The notes: generated from the sequence alone by a model not told the origin. Positions 30,719 through 40,078 are shown, counted from the stretch's first letter. The stretch: DNA of 64,000 bases from an uncultured Chloroflexia bacterium (GCA_963728205.1 CAVSIV010000006.1:1344001-1408000); one strand, 5' to 3'. Translations and numbers: made by a program.

Positions 30719-31882
30719 TCACCCGTCGCGCCAGCGTTGCTTGGCCTTCGCGCGGTTCCGCTTGCCGACCTCCTTCGACCAGCGCTTGTGGTCCTGCCGC
30801 GCCTCGGCGCGTTTGCGCGGGTCGTGCTTGCGCTCCTCCAGCGCGGCTTCGCGCTGCAGCTTGCGGTACGACATCAGCCGGTGTTCCTCGAGGGCGCCGT
30901 CATCGATCGCGGCGCGGACGGCGCAGCCGGGCTCGCGCTCGTGCGCGCAGTCGGCGAAGCGGCAGCGCGCGGCGAGCGCGGCGACGTCGTCGTAGACGCG
31001 GTCGACGGCCTCCTCTGCGTCCCACAGCCCGAGCTCGCGAATGCCCGGGGTGTCGATGAGCGCGCCCCCGCCGGGGAGCAGCACGAGGTGGCGCGCGGTG
31101 GTGGTGTGGCGGCCGCGCTGGTCGGCGGCGCGCGCATGGCTGGTGGCGAGCGTGTCGGCGCCGAGCAGCGCGTTGGCGATCGTCGACTTCCCGACGCCGC
31201 TCGCGCCGATCAGCGCGATGGTCCGGCCCGCGGTGGCGTAGGCGCGCAGGGCGTCGACGCCGTCGCCGGTGGCGGCGCTGGTCGCGTGGACGGCGATCGC
31301 CTCGCCGGCGACGCGGCGCACGGCGGTGACGGCGTGCTCGAGATCCGGCTGCAGGTCCGCTTTCGAGAGCACGACGACGGGCCGCGCGCCGCTCTCGTAG
31401 GCGAGGGCGAGCTCGCGGTCGAGTCGCCGCACGCGTCCGTCGGCCTGGATCGCGGTGCGGCGGCGGGCGTCGGCTCCGGCCGCGTCGCCGACGCCGGCGG
31501 GCACGACGACGAAGACGACGTCGACGTTCGCGGCGAGCACCTGCACGCCGCCGCGGAAGCGGCGGAAGGCTGAGGTGCGGTCGAGGACGGCCTCGACGAG
31601 GTCGTGATCCAGCCCGGGGACGGCGCGCAGCGCGACCCAGTCGCCGGTGACGGGCAGCGCCTCGGGGTCGCCGCCGAGCAGCGCGGTCGCCGGCGCAGCG
31701 TGGCGGTCGCCCGTCGGGGTCGCGACGAGCGCGCTGCCGCGATCGACGCGCACGACGCGGCCCGGCGCGAGGCCGGCGATCGCGTGGGGTGCGAAGCGGG
31801 CGGCGACGGCGTCGGTCCAGCCGTACGCCGCGAGCGGGTGGTCGGACGCGGGCCCGGTGGGCTCGCGGTCGGGAAGCGGCAC
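30719..31882 (-). CDS. rsgA: Ribosome small subunit-dependent GTPase A
   Basis: Permuted order SKADL, GASGVGKST, GRHTTT, DTPGIRE; Zn motif CRFADCAHEREPGC. Confidence 0.92.
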   Translation of the reverse strand: MPLPDREPTGPASDHPLAAYGWTDAVAARFAPHAIAGLAPGRVVRVDRGSALVATPTGDRHAAPATALLGGDPEALPVTGDWVALRAVPGLDHDLVEAVLDRTSAFRRFRGGVQVLAANVDVVFVVVPAGVGDAAGADARRRTAIQADGRVRRLDRELALAYESGARPVVVLSKADLQPDLEHAVTAVRRVAGEAIAVHATSAATGDGVDALRAYATAGRTIALIGASGVGKSTIANALLGADTLATSHARAADQRGRHTTTARHLVLLPGGGALIDTPGIRELGLWDAEEAVDRVYDDVAALAARCRFADCAHEREPGCAVRAAIDDGALEEHRLMSYRKLQREAALEERKHDPRKRAEARQDHKRWSKEVGKRNRAKAKQRWRDG

Positions 31883-32128
31883 GATGAGTGCTCCTCGGCA
31901 GAGGGCGGCTCGTCGCGTGCCGGCGGACTTCGGGTGACGAGGTCTAGCGGAGGCGGCGCGAGCGAGGGGCCCGGGCGCGTTGACGTGTGACGCGGCGAAC
32001 CGCGTCGGCGGTGTGCACAGCCATCAGGCGCCTCCTCTCCTCGCTCGGCTTCGCTCGAGGTGCATCGACGCTATGCGCGGCACAGACGCTCGTCAACGCC
32101 GAAGCTGGTTCACCACCCCGGCGAACCG

Positions 32129-32235
32129 CGCGCGTAACGCGTGCGGGTCGCGTGGTCATCGGGACGCGCGTAACGCGTGCGGGTCGCGCGGTGATCGGGA
32201 CGCGCGTAACGCGTGCGGGTCACGCGGTGATCGGG
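32129..32235. repeat. 3 x 36-bp tandem repeat
   Basis: Unit approx. CGCGCGTAACGCGTGCGGGTCGCGCGGTGATCGGGA. Confidence 0.85.
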
Positions 32236-32393
32236 GCGCGCATCGCGCGACCCGCACCACGCGCGATGCACCGTCGGCGGGCAGAACGAATCGGCCGCCT
32301 CCCGCGTTTACGCACTCGAGAGACGGCGTTGCGATGGTCGTGGCGGGGGGGTGCCGCCGGCCGTTGCGTCCACGAACGAGGGACGGCGACGAG

Positions 32394-32651
32394 ATGAGCG
32401 ACCCCAATACCCTGTTTCGCGTGGGAGACCGCGTCGTGCGGCGGGGATCGGGCGCGCTCGCGACGGTGCGCGCCCTGCGGGCGCTGGCCCCGAACGCATG
32501 CGACCGGCTGCGGGTGATGTGGGACGACGGCGACGACAATCCCACGTGGCAGCCCGCGCTTGCCTTCGACCTCGTCCCGGGACCCTCCGTCGCCGCCGGC
32601 TGCGGCGGCGAGGACGTCGAGGGGCCGCCCGTGCTCCGTCGCGCGGGCTAG
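32394..32651 (+). CDS. Small hypothetical protein
   Basis: MSDPNTLFRVGDRVVRRGSG...LRVMWDDG; small beta-barrel-like pattern. Confidence 0.45.
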   Translation: MSDPNTLFRVGDRVVRRGSGALATVRALRALAPNACDRLRVMWDDGDDNPTWQPALAFDLVPGPSVAAGCGGEDVEGPPVLRRAG

Positions 32652-32742
32652 CCGCTGGTCGACGGCCGGCAGTTCGGCCCGACACGGACCGGCCTGGGCT
32701 TTCGTCCCGTGACCTGGCCGGGGTGGATGATCACCCTCGCGT

Positions 32743-32805
32743 TCGTGGTGCTCGTGGTGCTCGTGGTGCTCGTGGTGCTCGTGGTGCTCGTGGTGCTCGT
32801 GGTGC
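32743..32805. repeat. 7 x 9-bp tandem repeat (TCGTGGTGC)
   Basis: Read directly from the sequence. Confidence 0.95.
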
Positions 32806-32856
32806 GGCGCGCGTGCGCCGTCCATCCGGTCGCCGGGCTGTCGCGCCCGGCGTTCT

Positions 32857-33278
32857 GTCGGCGGCGTATCCGCCGCCGCTGAGGCGCTGTCGCACCCCGC
32901 CGGCCGTCGGCGGCGTATCCGCCGCCGCTGAGGCGCTGTCGCACCCCGCCGGCCGTCGGCGGCGTATCCGCCGCCGCTGAGGCGCCGCCGCGCCCGGCGT
33001 TCTGTCGGCGGCGTATCCGCCGCCGCTGAGGCGCTGTCGCACCCGGCCGGCCGTCGGCGGCGTATCCGCCGCCGCTGAGGCGCTGTCGCGCCCGGCGTTC
33101 TGTCGGCGGCGTATCCGCCGCCGCTGAGGCGCTGTCGCACCCGGCCGGCCGTCGGCGGCGCATCCGCCGCCGCTGAGGCGCGGCAGCGCCGGCCGGCTGT
33201 CGGCGGCATATCCGCGGCCGCTGAGGCGCTGCCGCGCCCGGCCGGCTGCCGGCGGCGGATGCGCCGCCGCTGAGGCGC
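32857..33278. repeat. Tandem array of 9 REP family A hairpins, ~49-bp period
   Basis: GTCGGCGGCGTATCCGCCGCCGCTGAGGCG at 32857, 32906, 32955, 33004, 33053, 33102; variant or degenerate copies at 33151, 33199, 33248. Confidence 0.95.
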
Positions 33279-33290
33279 TGCCGCGCTCTC

Positions 33291-34499
33291 CTACCCGAAC
33301 ACCCGCTCCTCGGCCAGCGCTTCAATCTCCTCGGCGCCGTACCCGGCCTCCGTCAGCACCTCGAACGTGTGCTCGCCGGGCTGCGGCGCGGGGCCGCGCG
33401 CGCGGACGTCGGCGCCGGCAATCTCGAACGGCGCCGCGAGCGTCTCGTACGCGCCGCCCTCCGGCGTCTCGACGCGCTCGAACGCGCCGAGCGCCCGCAG
33501 CTGCGGGTCGTGGATGACGTCGGGGAGCAGCGCGACCGGCGCCCACAGCAGGCCATGCGCGTCGAGGCGCGCATACCAGTAGGTCGAGTCGTGCTCGCGG
33601 AAGCGCGCCTCGATGGCGGGGAGCAGCCCGGCGCCGTGCTGGAGCAGCGCGGGCGTCGTGCGGTAGCGGTCGTCCTCGGCCCACTCGGGGTAGCCGACGG
33701 CGCGGGCGAACGCGGCCCAGTAGCGGTCGGGGCGGTTCATCACGAGCATCACGCTGCGGCCGTCGGCCATCGCGTAGGCGTTCCACATGACCATGCCACG
33801 CTGCGCGCGGTGGACGCGCTCGGGCTGCGCCGGCTCGGCCTGGCCGAGCACGGTGGCGACGTCGCTGCCAATCGTCCACAGGCCGGTGCGCTGCAGGGTG
33901 ACGTCGACGAACTGCGCCTCGCCGGTGCGGTCGCGCAGGCGCAGCGCCGCGAGCAGGGCGGCGAGCAGGTTGAGGGCGGTGGGGTGGTCGCCCTGCCCGC
34001 CGCGGCTCTGCACGAACGGCGTGCCGGCCTCGCCCATCAGCGCCATCACGCCGGAGGCCGCCCAGAAGGCGCCGGCGTCGAAGCCGGCCTTGTCGGCGTC
34101 CGGGCCGCGCGAGCCGTAGCCGGAGAGCGCGCCGTAGACGACGCGCGGGCTGTGCGCGCGCAGGGCGTCGAAGCCGAGGCCGTAGCGCTCGAGCCGCTCG
34201 CGGGTGAGGTTCGTGACGAAGACGTCGGCGCCGGCGGCGAGGCGATGCACGACGTCGCGCCCGCGCGGCCGCTCGAGGTCGACGGTGACCGAGCGCTTGC
34301 CGCGGTTGTCGAGCTCGAAGTTGAAGTTGCGGGTGCCGTCGCCGCGCAGGTGCGCCATGTAGCCGCGATAGAAGTCGCCGCCGGGCGGCTCGACCTTCAC
34401 GACGTCGGCGCCGAGGTCGGCCATCAGCGCTGCGGCGCTGGGCGCCGCGAGCCAGTTCGCGACCTCGACGACGCGGATGCCGGTAAGCGGGGCGACCAC
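33291..34499 (-). CDS. CaiB/BaiF CoA-transferase family III
   Basis: PLTGIRVVEV...LGADVVKVEPPGGD...NRGKRS...GEHTFEVL; GAGGAGG RBS. Confidence 0.93.
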   Translation of the reverse strand: MVAPLTGIRVVEVANWLAAPSAAALMADLGADVVKVEPPGGDFYRGYMAHLRGDGTRNFNFELDNRGKRSVTVDLERPRGRDVVHRLAAGADVFVTNLTRERLERYGLGFDALRAHSPRVVYGALSGYGSRGPDADKAGFDAGAFWAASGVMALMGEAGTPFVQSRGGQGDHPTALNLLAALLAALRLRDRTGEAQFVDVTLQRTGLWTIGSDVATVLGQAEPAQPERVHRAQRGMVMWNAYAMADGRSVMLVMNRPDRYWAAFARAVGYPEWAEDDRYRTTPALLQHGAGLLPAIEARFREHDSTYWYARLDAHGLLWAPVALLPDVIHDPQLRALGAFERVETPEGGAYETLAAPFEIAGADVRARGPAPQPGEHTFEVLTEAGYGAEEIEALAEERVFG

Positions 34500-34548
34500 G
34501 GGCGCACCTCCTCGCTGAGGCGAGGATGGTAGCGGGGCGGTGGGCCGG

Positions 34549-34702
34549 CCCACAGCGGCGGCGGGCGCCGACCACAGCGACGGCAGGCGCGCGACCCACA
34601 GCGGCGACGGGCGCGCGACCACAGCGGCGGCGGGCACGCGACCCACAGCGGCGGCAGGCGCCGACCACAGCGGCGGCGGGCGCGTGCTGTCGCCGCTGTG
34701 GG
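34549..34702. repeat. Cluster of six direct REP-A half sites plus one inverted
   Basis: CCACAGCG(G/A)CG repeated every ~22-24 bp, closed by CGCCGCTGTGGG. Confidence 0.8.
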
Positions 34703-34876
34703 TCGCGCGCGGATGCGCGCATCCGCGTGCACGCCACGCGCTCCCCGTTCGGCTTCGGCCGTTTCGCTCCGCATCGGGGAAACACCGATTCCGGGCCGGG
34801 AGAGCACCGGTCAACATCGTGATGCGGCACGGAGAGCGGGCGCGCGAGGCGCGCCGAGAGGGCCGGAGCGCTGCTG

Positions 34877-36502
34877 ATGGAACACGCGAGCGGGATGCGC
34901 ACGGCGCCCGCGGGCTGGCGGGCCCTGCTGCCCACCGACCTGCGCGTCTCGGCGCACCTGTTTACGCGCATCGGCCTCGTGCTCGCGGCGATCTCCTTCG
35001 CCATCGTCCTCACCGCCGGCATCCCCGTCCTCGTCGGCTACGACTCCTTCGTCGTCACCGGCGGCAGCATGTCGCCGGGCATCCGCGCCGGCTCGCTCCT
35101 GATCTCGAAGCGCACGAACCCCACCGACATCCACCCCGGCGACGTGATCACCTTCCGCCGCGCCAATCGGCCGCAGACGGCCGTCACGCATCGCGTCGTC
35201 GGCGTGCGTCACGCCGAGGACGGCACGCCAATCTTCCGCACGAAGGGCGACGCGAACGCGACGGCCGACCCCGAGGAGCTGTCGGCGGAGCTGCCCATCT
35301 CGCGCATGGCGTTCACGGTCCCGTACGCCGGCTACCTGCTCGAGTTCGCGGCGACGCTGCCGGGCAAGGCGATCCTGATCCTGGTGCCGGCGCTCGGCCT
35401 CGTCGTGCTCTCGGTCGACGCCGCGCGGCGCGCCGTGGAGGCGCGTGCGCTGGCGGACGTGGACGAGCGGCGTCGCCGCGGGGCGACGCGCCGGCTCGCG
35501 CGCGAGAGCGGGGCGGCGACGCCGCGCCCGCGCTCCGCGGCTCCGCGCCGGGGGACCCGCACGTCGGACGGACCCGGACGGGTCGCCGGCGCGCTAGGAG
35601 CGGCGGGCGCACGCCTCGGGTCGCTCGCCCGCTGGCGACCGTCGCCGCCGGTGGCGCCGGCGCGCACCGAGGCGCGCCGAATCGCGTCGTCCGTGCCGGC
35701 CGCGCGGCCGCGCCCGGTCGCGTCCGACGACGATGAGGACGCCGGGCCGAAGTGGGTCGAGCGCGTGGCTGCCGACCTCACGCGGCAGATGGCGCAGCTC
35801 GAGCAGATCCGCGACCACGTCCTGAATGAGACCGGTCCCGTCGCGCGGCTGCTGGCCGAGCACGAGGAGCTGGTCGAGACGCTGAACGCGAACATCGAGC
35901 GCAAGCTGGCGCCGCTGATCGAGTACGCGGACAATCTGGACGCGGACATCGAGGACCTCAAGGACCGGCTCGGCGACGAGAACGCGGAGGACGTGACCGC
36001 ACCGCTCCGTCCGTACTTCGACGAGCAGCGCCGGCGGGTGGTCGAGACCCGTGCGCAGGTCGAGCGCCTGCGGCGGCCGCTGGACGACTACGTGCGCGCG
36101 CAGCGCGAGGCCATCGAGGCGGTGTTCCTGCCGTTCGAGGGCGAGGTGCGGGCGGTCGAGGACGGCCAGACCGACCAGCTGCGCATCCTCAAGCGCATGT
36201 TGACGGGGCTGCGGTCCGACCAGTTCGAGACGGCGGTGGAGTTCATCGAGGGCCGCCTCGAGGAGCTGCGCGCGCTGGCCGAGGCCGGCGCGAGCGACCC
36301 GGCGTCGATCGCGGCGTCGCTGCACGTGGGGGTCGACCGCACGGCCGACCTCAAGCGCGAGTCGCTGTACCTGGGGCCGGTGCTGGAGGCGCTGGCCTCC
36401 GCCGACGCGCGCGCCGCCGCGGCGCGGGCGAAGGAGCGCGCCATCGCCGCCGAGGCCGCCGGCATCGACGACGACGGCATCACGCGCATGGACGTCGCGT
36501 AG
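34877..36502 (+). CDS. SipW-type signal peptidase I fused to a long C-terminal coiled coil
   Basis: VVTGGSMSPGI (Ser), VTHRVV (His), TKGDAN; second TM, then a heptad-rich acidic region. Confidence 0.85.
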   Translation: MEHASGMRTAPAGWRALLPTDLRVSAHLFTRIGLVLAAISFAIVLTAGIPVLVGYDSFVVTGGSMSPGIRAGSLLISKRTNPTDIHPGDVITFRRANRPQTAVTHRVVGVRHAEDGTPIFRTKGDANATADPEELSAELPISRMAFTVPYAGYLLEFAATLPGKAILILVPALGLVVLSVDAARRAVEARALADVDERRRRGATRRLARESGAATPRPRSAAPRRGTRTSDGPGRVAGALGAAGARLGSLARWRPSPPVAPARTEARRIASSVPAARPRPVASDDDEDAGPKWVERVAADLTRQMAQLEQIRDHVLNETGPVARLLAEHEELVETLNANIERKLAPLIEYADNLDADIEDLKDRLGDENAEDVTAPLRPYFDEQRRRVVETRAQVERLRRPLDDYVRAQREAIEAVFLPFEGEVRAVEDGQTDQLRILKRMLTGLRSDQFETAVEFIEGRLEELRALAEAGASDPASIAASLHVGVDRTADLKRESLYLGPVLEALASADARAAAARAKERAIAAEAAGIDDDGITRMDVA

Positions 36503-36571
36503 GCGGGTGTCCGAACGCGCGGGCTCACGCCCGCGCTCGACGTCACCCGCCGCGGGCTCGCGCCCGCACCC

Positions 36572-36602
36572 GGCGAGCAGGGGGCGTCAGCCCGCTGTTT
36601 TC
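36572..36602. repeat. REP family B copy overlapping the transposase stop codon
   Basis: GGCGAGCAGGGGGCGTCAGCCCGCTGTTTTC. Confidence 0.75.
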
Positions 36603-37170
36603 GGATCCGTGCCCAACCACAGCTCCGGAAACTCGGAACTCACCCACACGACCAGCGGCCACTCCTGTCCCCGGACGTACTCCACCGTCGCGACGACATC
36701 AGGCTCCGTCTTCAACCGCCGCCGCGAGCCGGAGACGGTCCACCACCGACGCCGCTCGGCGTGAGTGCGGTTCAGGGCGCGACTCCCGTAGCGCTTGAAC
36801 CCCTCGAGGAGCAACGCCGGATCCGGATCGCCGGGCACGCCGACCACCAGGTGCACGTGGTTTCGCATGATTGCGACTGCGAGCAAGGTCCATCCGGGAT
36901 ACGCGGCCGTCTCGTGGAACTGGGAGAGGAGGAGCCGCGCGTCGTGCGGCTGCAGACGGGTGGGCTCCTGCGCGAGTCGCCGCTGCGCCCGCCGCTCGAG
37001 CGCCGGGAGGCCGCCGGCGGATGGCAGCGTGGGGTGTTCAGGCGCACGGAGCCGCCATCGACGGCGCGCCGCGGACTGGCGGTGCCCCGGCGGTCGCCGG
37101 GAAGCCACGTGCCGTAGGTGGTCCAGGTAAGGAACCAGTAGCGGTCCATCCGGGGGCGCGGCGTGGGCAT
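36587..37170 (-). mobile_element. Y1 HUH transposase (RAYT / IS200-like); one frameshift near 37030
   Basis: YWFLTWTTYGTWLPGD, NHVHLVV (HUH), FKRYGSRAL, WWT, VEYVRGQ (catalytic Tyr). Confidence 0.85.
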
Positions 37171-37511
37171 GGTGGGGCGAAGGTAGGGGCGGCGGCGCCC
37201 GGGGCGCCGGGGAAGGTGATGGGGTGGGCAGGCGAATCTGCGGGGGCGACGGGGCGCGTGAGGCAGACGCTCGCTCCCCGCCGTTCGCGCCCCTCCCTTC
37301 CGGGTTTTCCCCAACGCTCCCGGCTCCATCCCCTGCCGATGATCCCGGCGGAGTGAGACCCGGGCCGGCGCTCCGCTTCCATACCGCGTCCGGGTCGCCC
37401 ATCTCCACTGCCGCCGCCGGCGCCCAAGATCAGGGAACGCCCTGACGCCCGGCGCTTCAGGGGGGATGGGCGCGTCCCGACGATCACTCCAGGAAGACTG
37501 GGGGTACCGAC

Positions 37512-38072
37512 GTGGTCAAGGCGATGCTCGCGATGCTCCTCGCGACCGGGGTCATCGGCTCGTTCGTCGCGATCGACAGCCTGGCCGTGTTCACGGACCA
37601 GCAGGCGAACGCCGCGAACACGTTCACCGCGGGCAGCGTGTCGCTGACCGACACGCCGGCGTCGGCGCTCGTCACCTACGCGAACATGGCGCCCGGCGAC
37701 TCGACCACCCAGCCCCTCGTGATCAACAACGCGGGCAGCCTCGACCTGCGCTACTCGATGACGACGTCGGCGACGAACGTCGACGGCAAGAACCTCGGCA
37801 CCGAGCTGCTGCTGACGGTGCGCACGAAGACGGCGAACCCGTGCACGAACGAGGACGGGGCGGTGATCTACGGGCCGGCGGCGCTCGGCTCGGGCGCCTT
37901 CGGCTCGAACGCCCAGGGCGCGCAGGCCGGGGACCGCACCGTGACGGCGAGCGGGAGCGAGACGCTCTGCTTCAAGGTGGAGATGCCGCTCGCCGCGGCG
38001 AACGCCTACCAGGGCGCGACGACCACGGCGACGTTCACGTTCGACGCCGAGCAGACGAAGAACAACCCGTAA
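37512..38072 (+). CDS. TasA/CalY-like protein with SipW-dependent signal peptide
   Basis: SLA-VFTD...NTFTAGSVSL, NMAPGDS, INNAGSLDLRY, NAYQG...FTFDAEQ. Confidence 0.85.
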   Translation: MVKAMLAMLLATGVIGSFVAIDSLAVFTDQQANAANTFTAGSVSLTDTPASALVTYANMAPGDSTTQPLVINNAGSLDLRYSMTTSATNVDGKNLGTELLLTVRTKTANPCTNEDGAVIYGPAALGSGAFGSNAQGAQAGDRTVTASGSETLCFKVEMPLAAANAYQGATTTATFTFDAEQTKNNP

Positions 38073-38131
38073 CGGCGCCGCGAGCGTATCCCGAACCGGC
38101 CGGCATTCCCCGGTGTGATCGGCAGCCGCTC

Positions 38132-38545
38132 ATGAACAGGCCTACCGTCGCCGCGCTGCTCACGTTCGCGCTGACGTGCGGGGTGCTCGCGCTGCACCTG
38201 GCCCCCGCGCCGAGCGGGGCCGTGTTCACCAGCACGCAGCCCAACGCCAGCGCGCTTACTGCGGACACCATGCAGCCGGCCACCGGGCTGGTCGCGGCGC
38301 AGTCGGCGAATCCCGGCGAGATCGACCTGACGTGGAATGCCAGCGCCTCGGTCTACACCGCCGGCTACGCCGTGTACCGCGCCACGGCATCCGGCGGCCC
38401 GTACGCGCTGGTCGCCTCGGTCGCCGGGAACGCTTACCCGGATCCCGGCCTCACCACCGGCGTCACCTACTACTACGTCGTGCAGGCCACGTACCAGAGC
38501 TGGACGAGCGCGTACTCGAACGAGTCGTTCATCGACGCCCCGTAG
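38132..38545 (+). CDS. Secreted fibronectin type III protein, probable SipW substrate
   Basis: SGA-VFTS cleavage-like motif; LTWNAS...GYAVYRATASGGPY...TYYYVVQA. Confidence 0.8.
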   Translation: MNRPTVAALLTFALTCGVLALHLAPAPSGAVFTSTQPNASALTADTMQPATGLVAAQSANPGEIDLTWNASASVYTAGYAVYRATASGGPYALVASVAGNAYPDPGLTTGVTYYYVVQATYQSWTSAYSNESFIDAP

Positions 38546-38579
38546 GCGGCCCTCGCCGCGGCTTCGCGCCCGCGGGCGA

Positions 38580-38857
38580 GTCGCGTGAAGACGCCTGGTT
38601 GTTCCCGGCATCCCACGGTCCCGACGCCTCTACGCCGAACTGCGAATTGACCGCCTGGGACGCGCGGGACGATGATCCGGGTGTCGGGAACCTACCGTCC
38701 GGTAGGGACCAGGCGAGCCGGGTCACACCTGTTGGAGAGGAGGGTCGATTGCCGGATCGGGAGATTCGGGCGCGACTGATCCGCCCCACGGGAGGAGGGC
38801 TCCGCCCTTGAAGCACGGAGACAACCTCAGGGCCTGAACGGCCTCCCTTTTTACGAC
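38580..38857 (+). ncRNA. Candidate structured non-coding RNA of unknown family
   Basis: Nested helices with G-U pairs on the + strand (38584/38848, 38593/38708, 38602/38679, 38618/38665; hairpin 38691-38706); no host-like ORF. Confidence 0.35.
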
Positions 38858-38995
38858 GTCGGTTCCCGGGACGCACGGTCCCGGAGCACGACCGACTCCC
38901 CGGCGTAGACACGCCGCGCCAGGAGGCCCGCAGGCCCGGTCGGCATTTGCTACTTGCGTTCGGCAGTTCTCGGCAGGCCCCGGCAACGGGGCCTG

Positions 38996-39060
38996 CTCTG
39001 TGTTCGCACTCTGTGTTCGCACTCTGTGTTCGCACTCTGTGTTCGCACTCTGTGTTCGCG
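38996..39060. repeat. 5 x 13-bp tandem repeat (CTCTGTGTTCGCA)
   Basis: Read directly from the sequence. Confidence 0.95.
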
Positions 39061-39278
39061 CTACCGGCCAGGAGCAGCGCCGACGATGGCGGCGCTGCTC
39101 CGGGCCCGATCTGCCTGCGCGCGCTCCGCTTGCGCTCGCTCGCTCCGGCGAGCGCACGGTCGCTGCGGAGGGGATCGCGGTTTCCTTTGTGGATGAGGCC
39201 GCGCCGACCGGCTGCAAGACCTCCACGCGGCGTGCCGCGCGCGCCGCGGTGCGCGCGGCACGCCGCCGGAGGAACGGC

Positions 39279-39956
39279 TCAGGAGAGCCGTCGTTCCTTG
39301 AACTCGAGCATGCGCTTGCCCGTGTCCGCGAGCGTCTCCTCGGTCCACGCGTCGTTCACGGCGGGGAAGATCTCGCTCTCCTCCTCCGAGATGTGCTCTT
39401 CGAGCGTGCTCTTGATCTGCTCGATCAGGCCGCGCCACTCGTCGCTTCCCGGCGCCATCGAGCGCGTGCGCTCGATCATGCCTTCGACCTCGTCTACCTG
39501 TGACTGGTGCTCGTCGTCGTAGTCGGCGAGCGGACCGTCGTTGAGCTCCGCTTCGAGCGGGCCGTAGACGAACTGGTCCTCCATCTCCTCGTGGACCTTG
39601 AGGATCGGGATCAGATCGTCCCAGAGCCGGCCGGCCTCGGCGCCCTGCGCGCCGAGGATCTTCTTGAAGTAGGCCTTCTGCTCGCCGTGCATCTCGATCA
39701 GCAGCTGGATGGCGTCCAGGCTGTCGGCCTCCTCGGACGAGCCCGCCGAGAATTCGCCGAGGTGATCCCCTTCGACGCCGATGCGGACCGAGCCGTCCTC
39801 GACGCCCATCACGGTGTGGATGTTCAGCCAGTAGTCGGGCTTCATCGAGGCGTCGATCTTGAACGCCTGCGTCGCCACTTCCTTGATCGTGCCGAGCTCG
39901 CGATCGTCCGCGGTGAGCACGGTGGCTCCGACGGACAGGTCGGTGGCTCTGAGCAT
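39279..39956 (-). CDS. Hemerythrin-domain protein with N-terminal PRC/DUF2171-like domain
   Basis: DAIQLLIEMH, HEEMEDQFVY, EH, HISEEESEIFP. Confidence 0.8.
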   Translation of the reverse strand: MLRATDLSVGATVLTADDRELGTIKEVATQAFKIDASMKPDYWLNIHTVMGVEDGSVRIGVEGDHLGEFSAGSSEEADSLDAIQLLIEMHGEQKAYFKKILGAQGAEAGRLWDDLIPILKVHEEMEDQFVYGPLEAELNDGPLADYDDEHQSQVDEVEGMIERTRSMAPGSDEWRGLIEQIKSTLEEHISEEESEIFPAVNDAWTEETLADTGKRMLEFKERRLS

Positions 39957-40078
39957 GGTTCATCCTCCAGGGTGCAGGCTCGCGCGCGGGGCGCGGCAGA
40001 GGCACCGTACGGACGTGCGCGTCGCGTTCGAATCACCGCGGGCGCCGCGCGCTTGCAAACGGGTGTGTGTTTGGCCGG

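Noticed and set aside
32220-33209. His/Glu-rich (HHE)n metal-binding protein
   Set aside because: The ORF is a translation of the REP array and the 9-bp VNTR, with no credible start or domain
32857-33278. CRISPR array
   Set aside because: Spacers are 19 nt and near-identical rather than unique, there are no cas genes in the window, and the repeat is the dispersed REP-A
37312-37342. sigma-28 promoter for the TasA-like gene
   Set aside because: GCCGATGA -10 is present but there is no acceptable -35 at 15-bp spacing
38730-38840. Glycine riboswitch (GGAGAG...CTCAGG)
   Set aside because: Lacks the CCGAAG core and no glycine-related gene lies downstream
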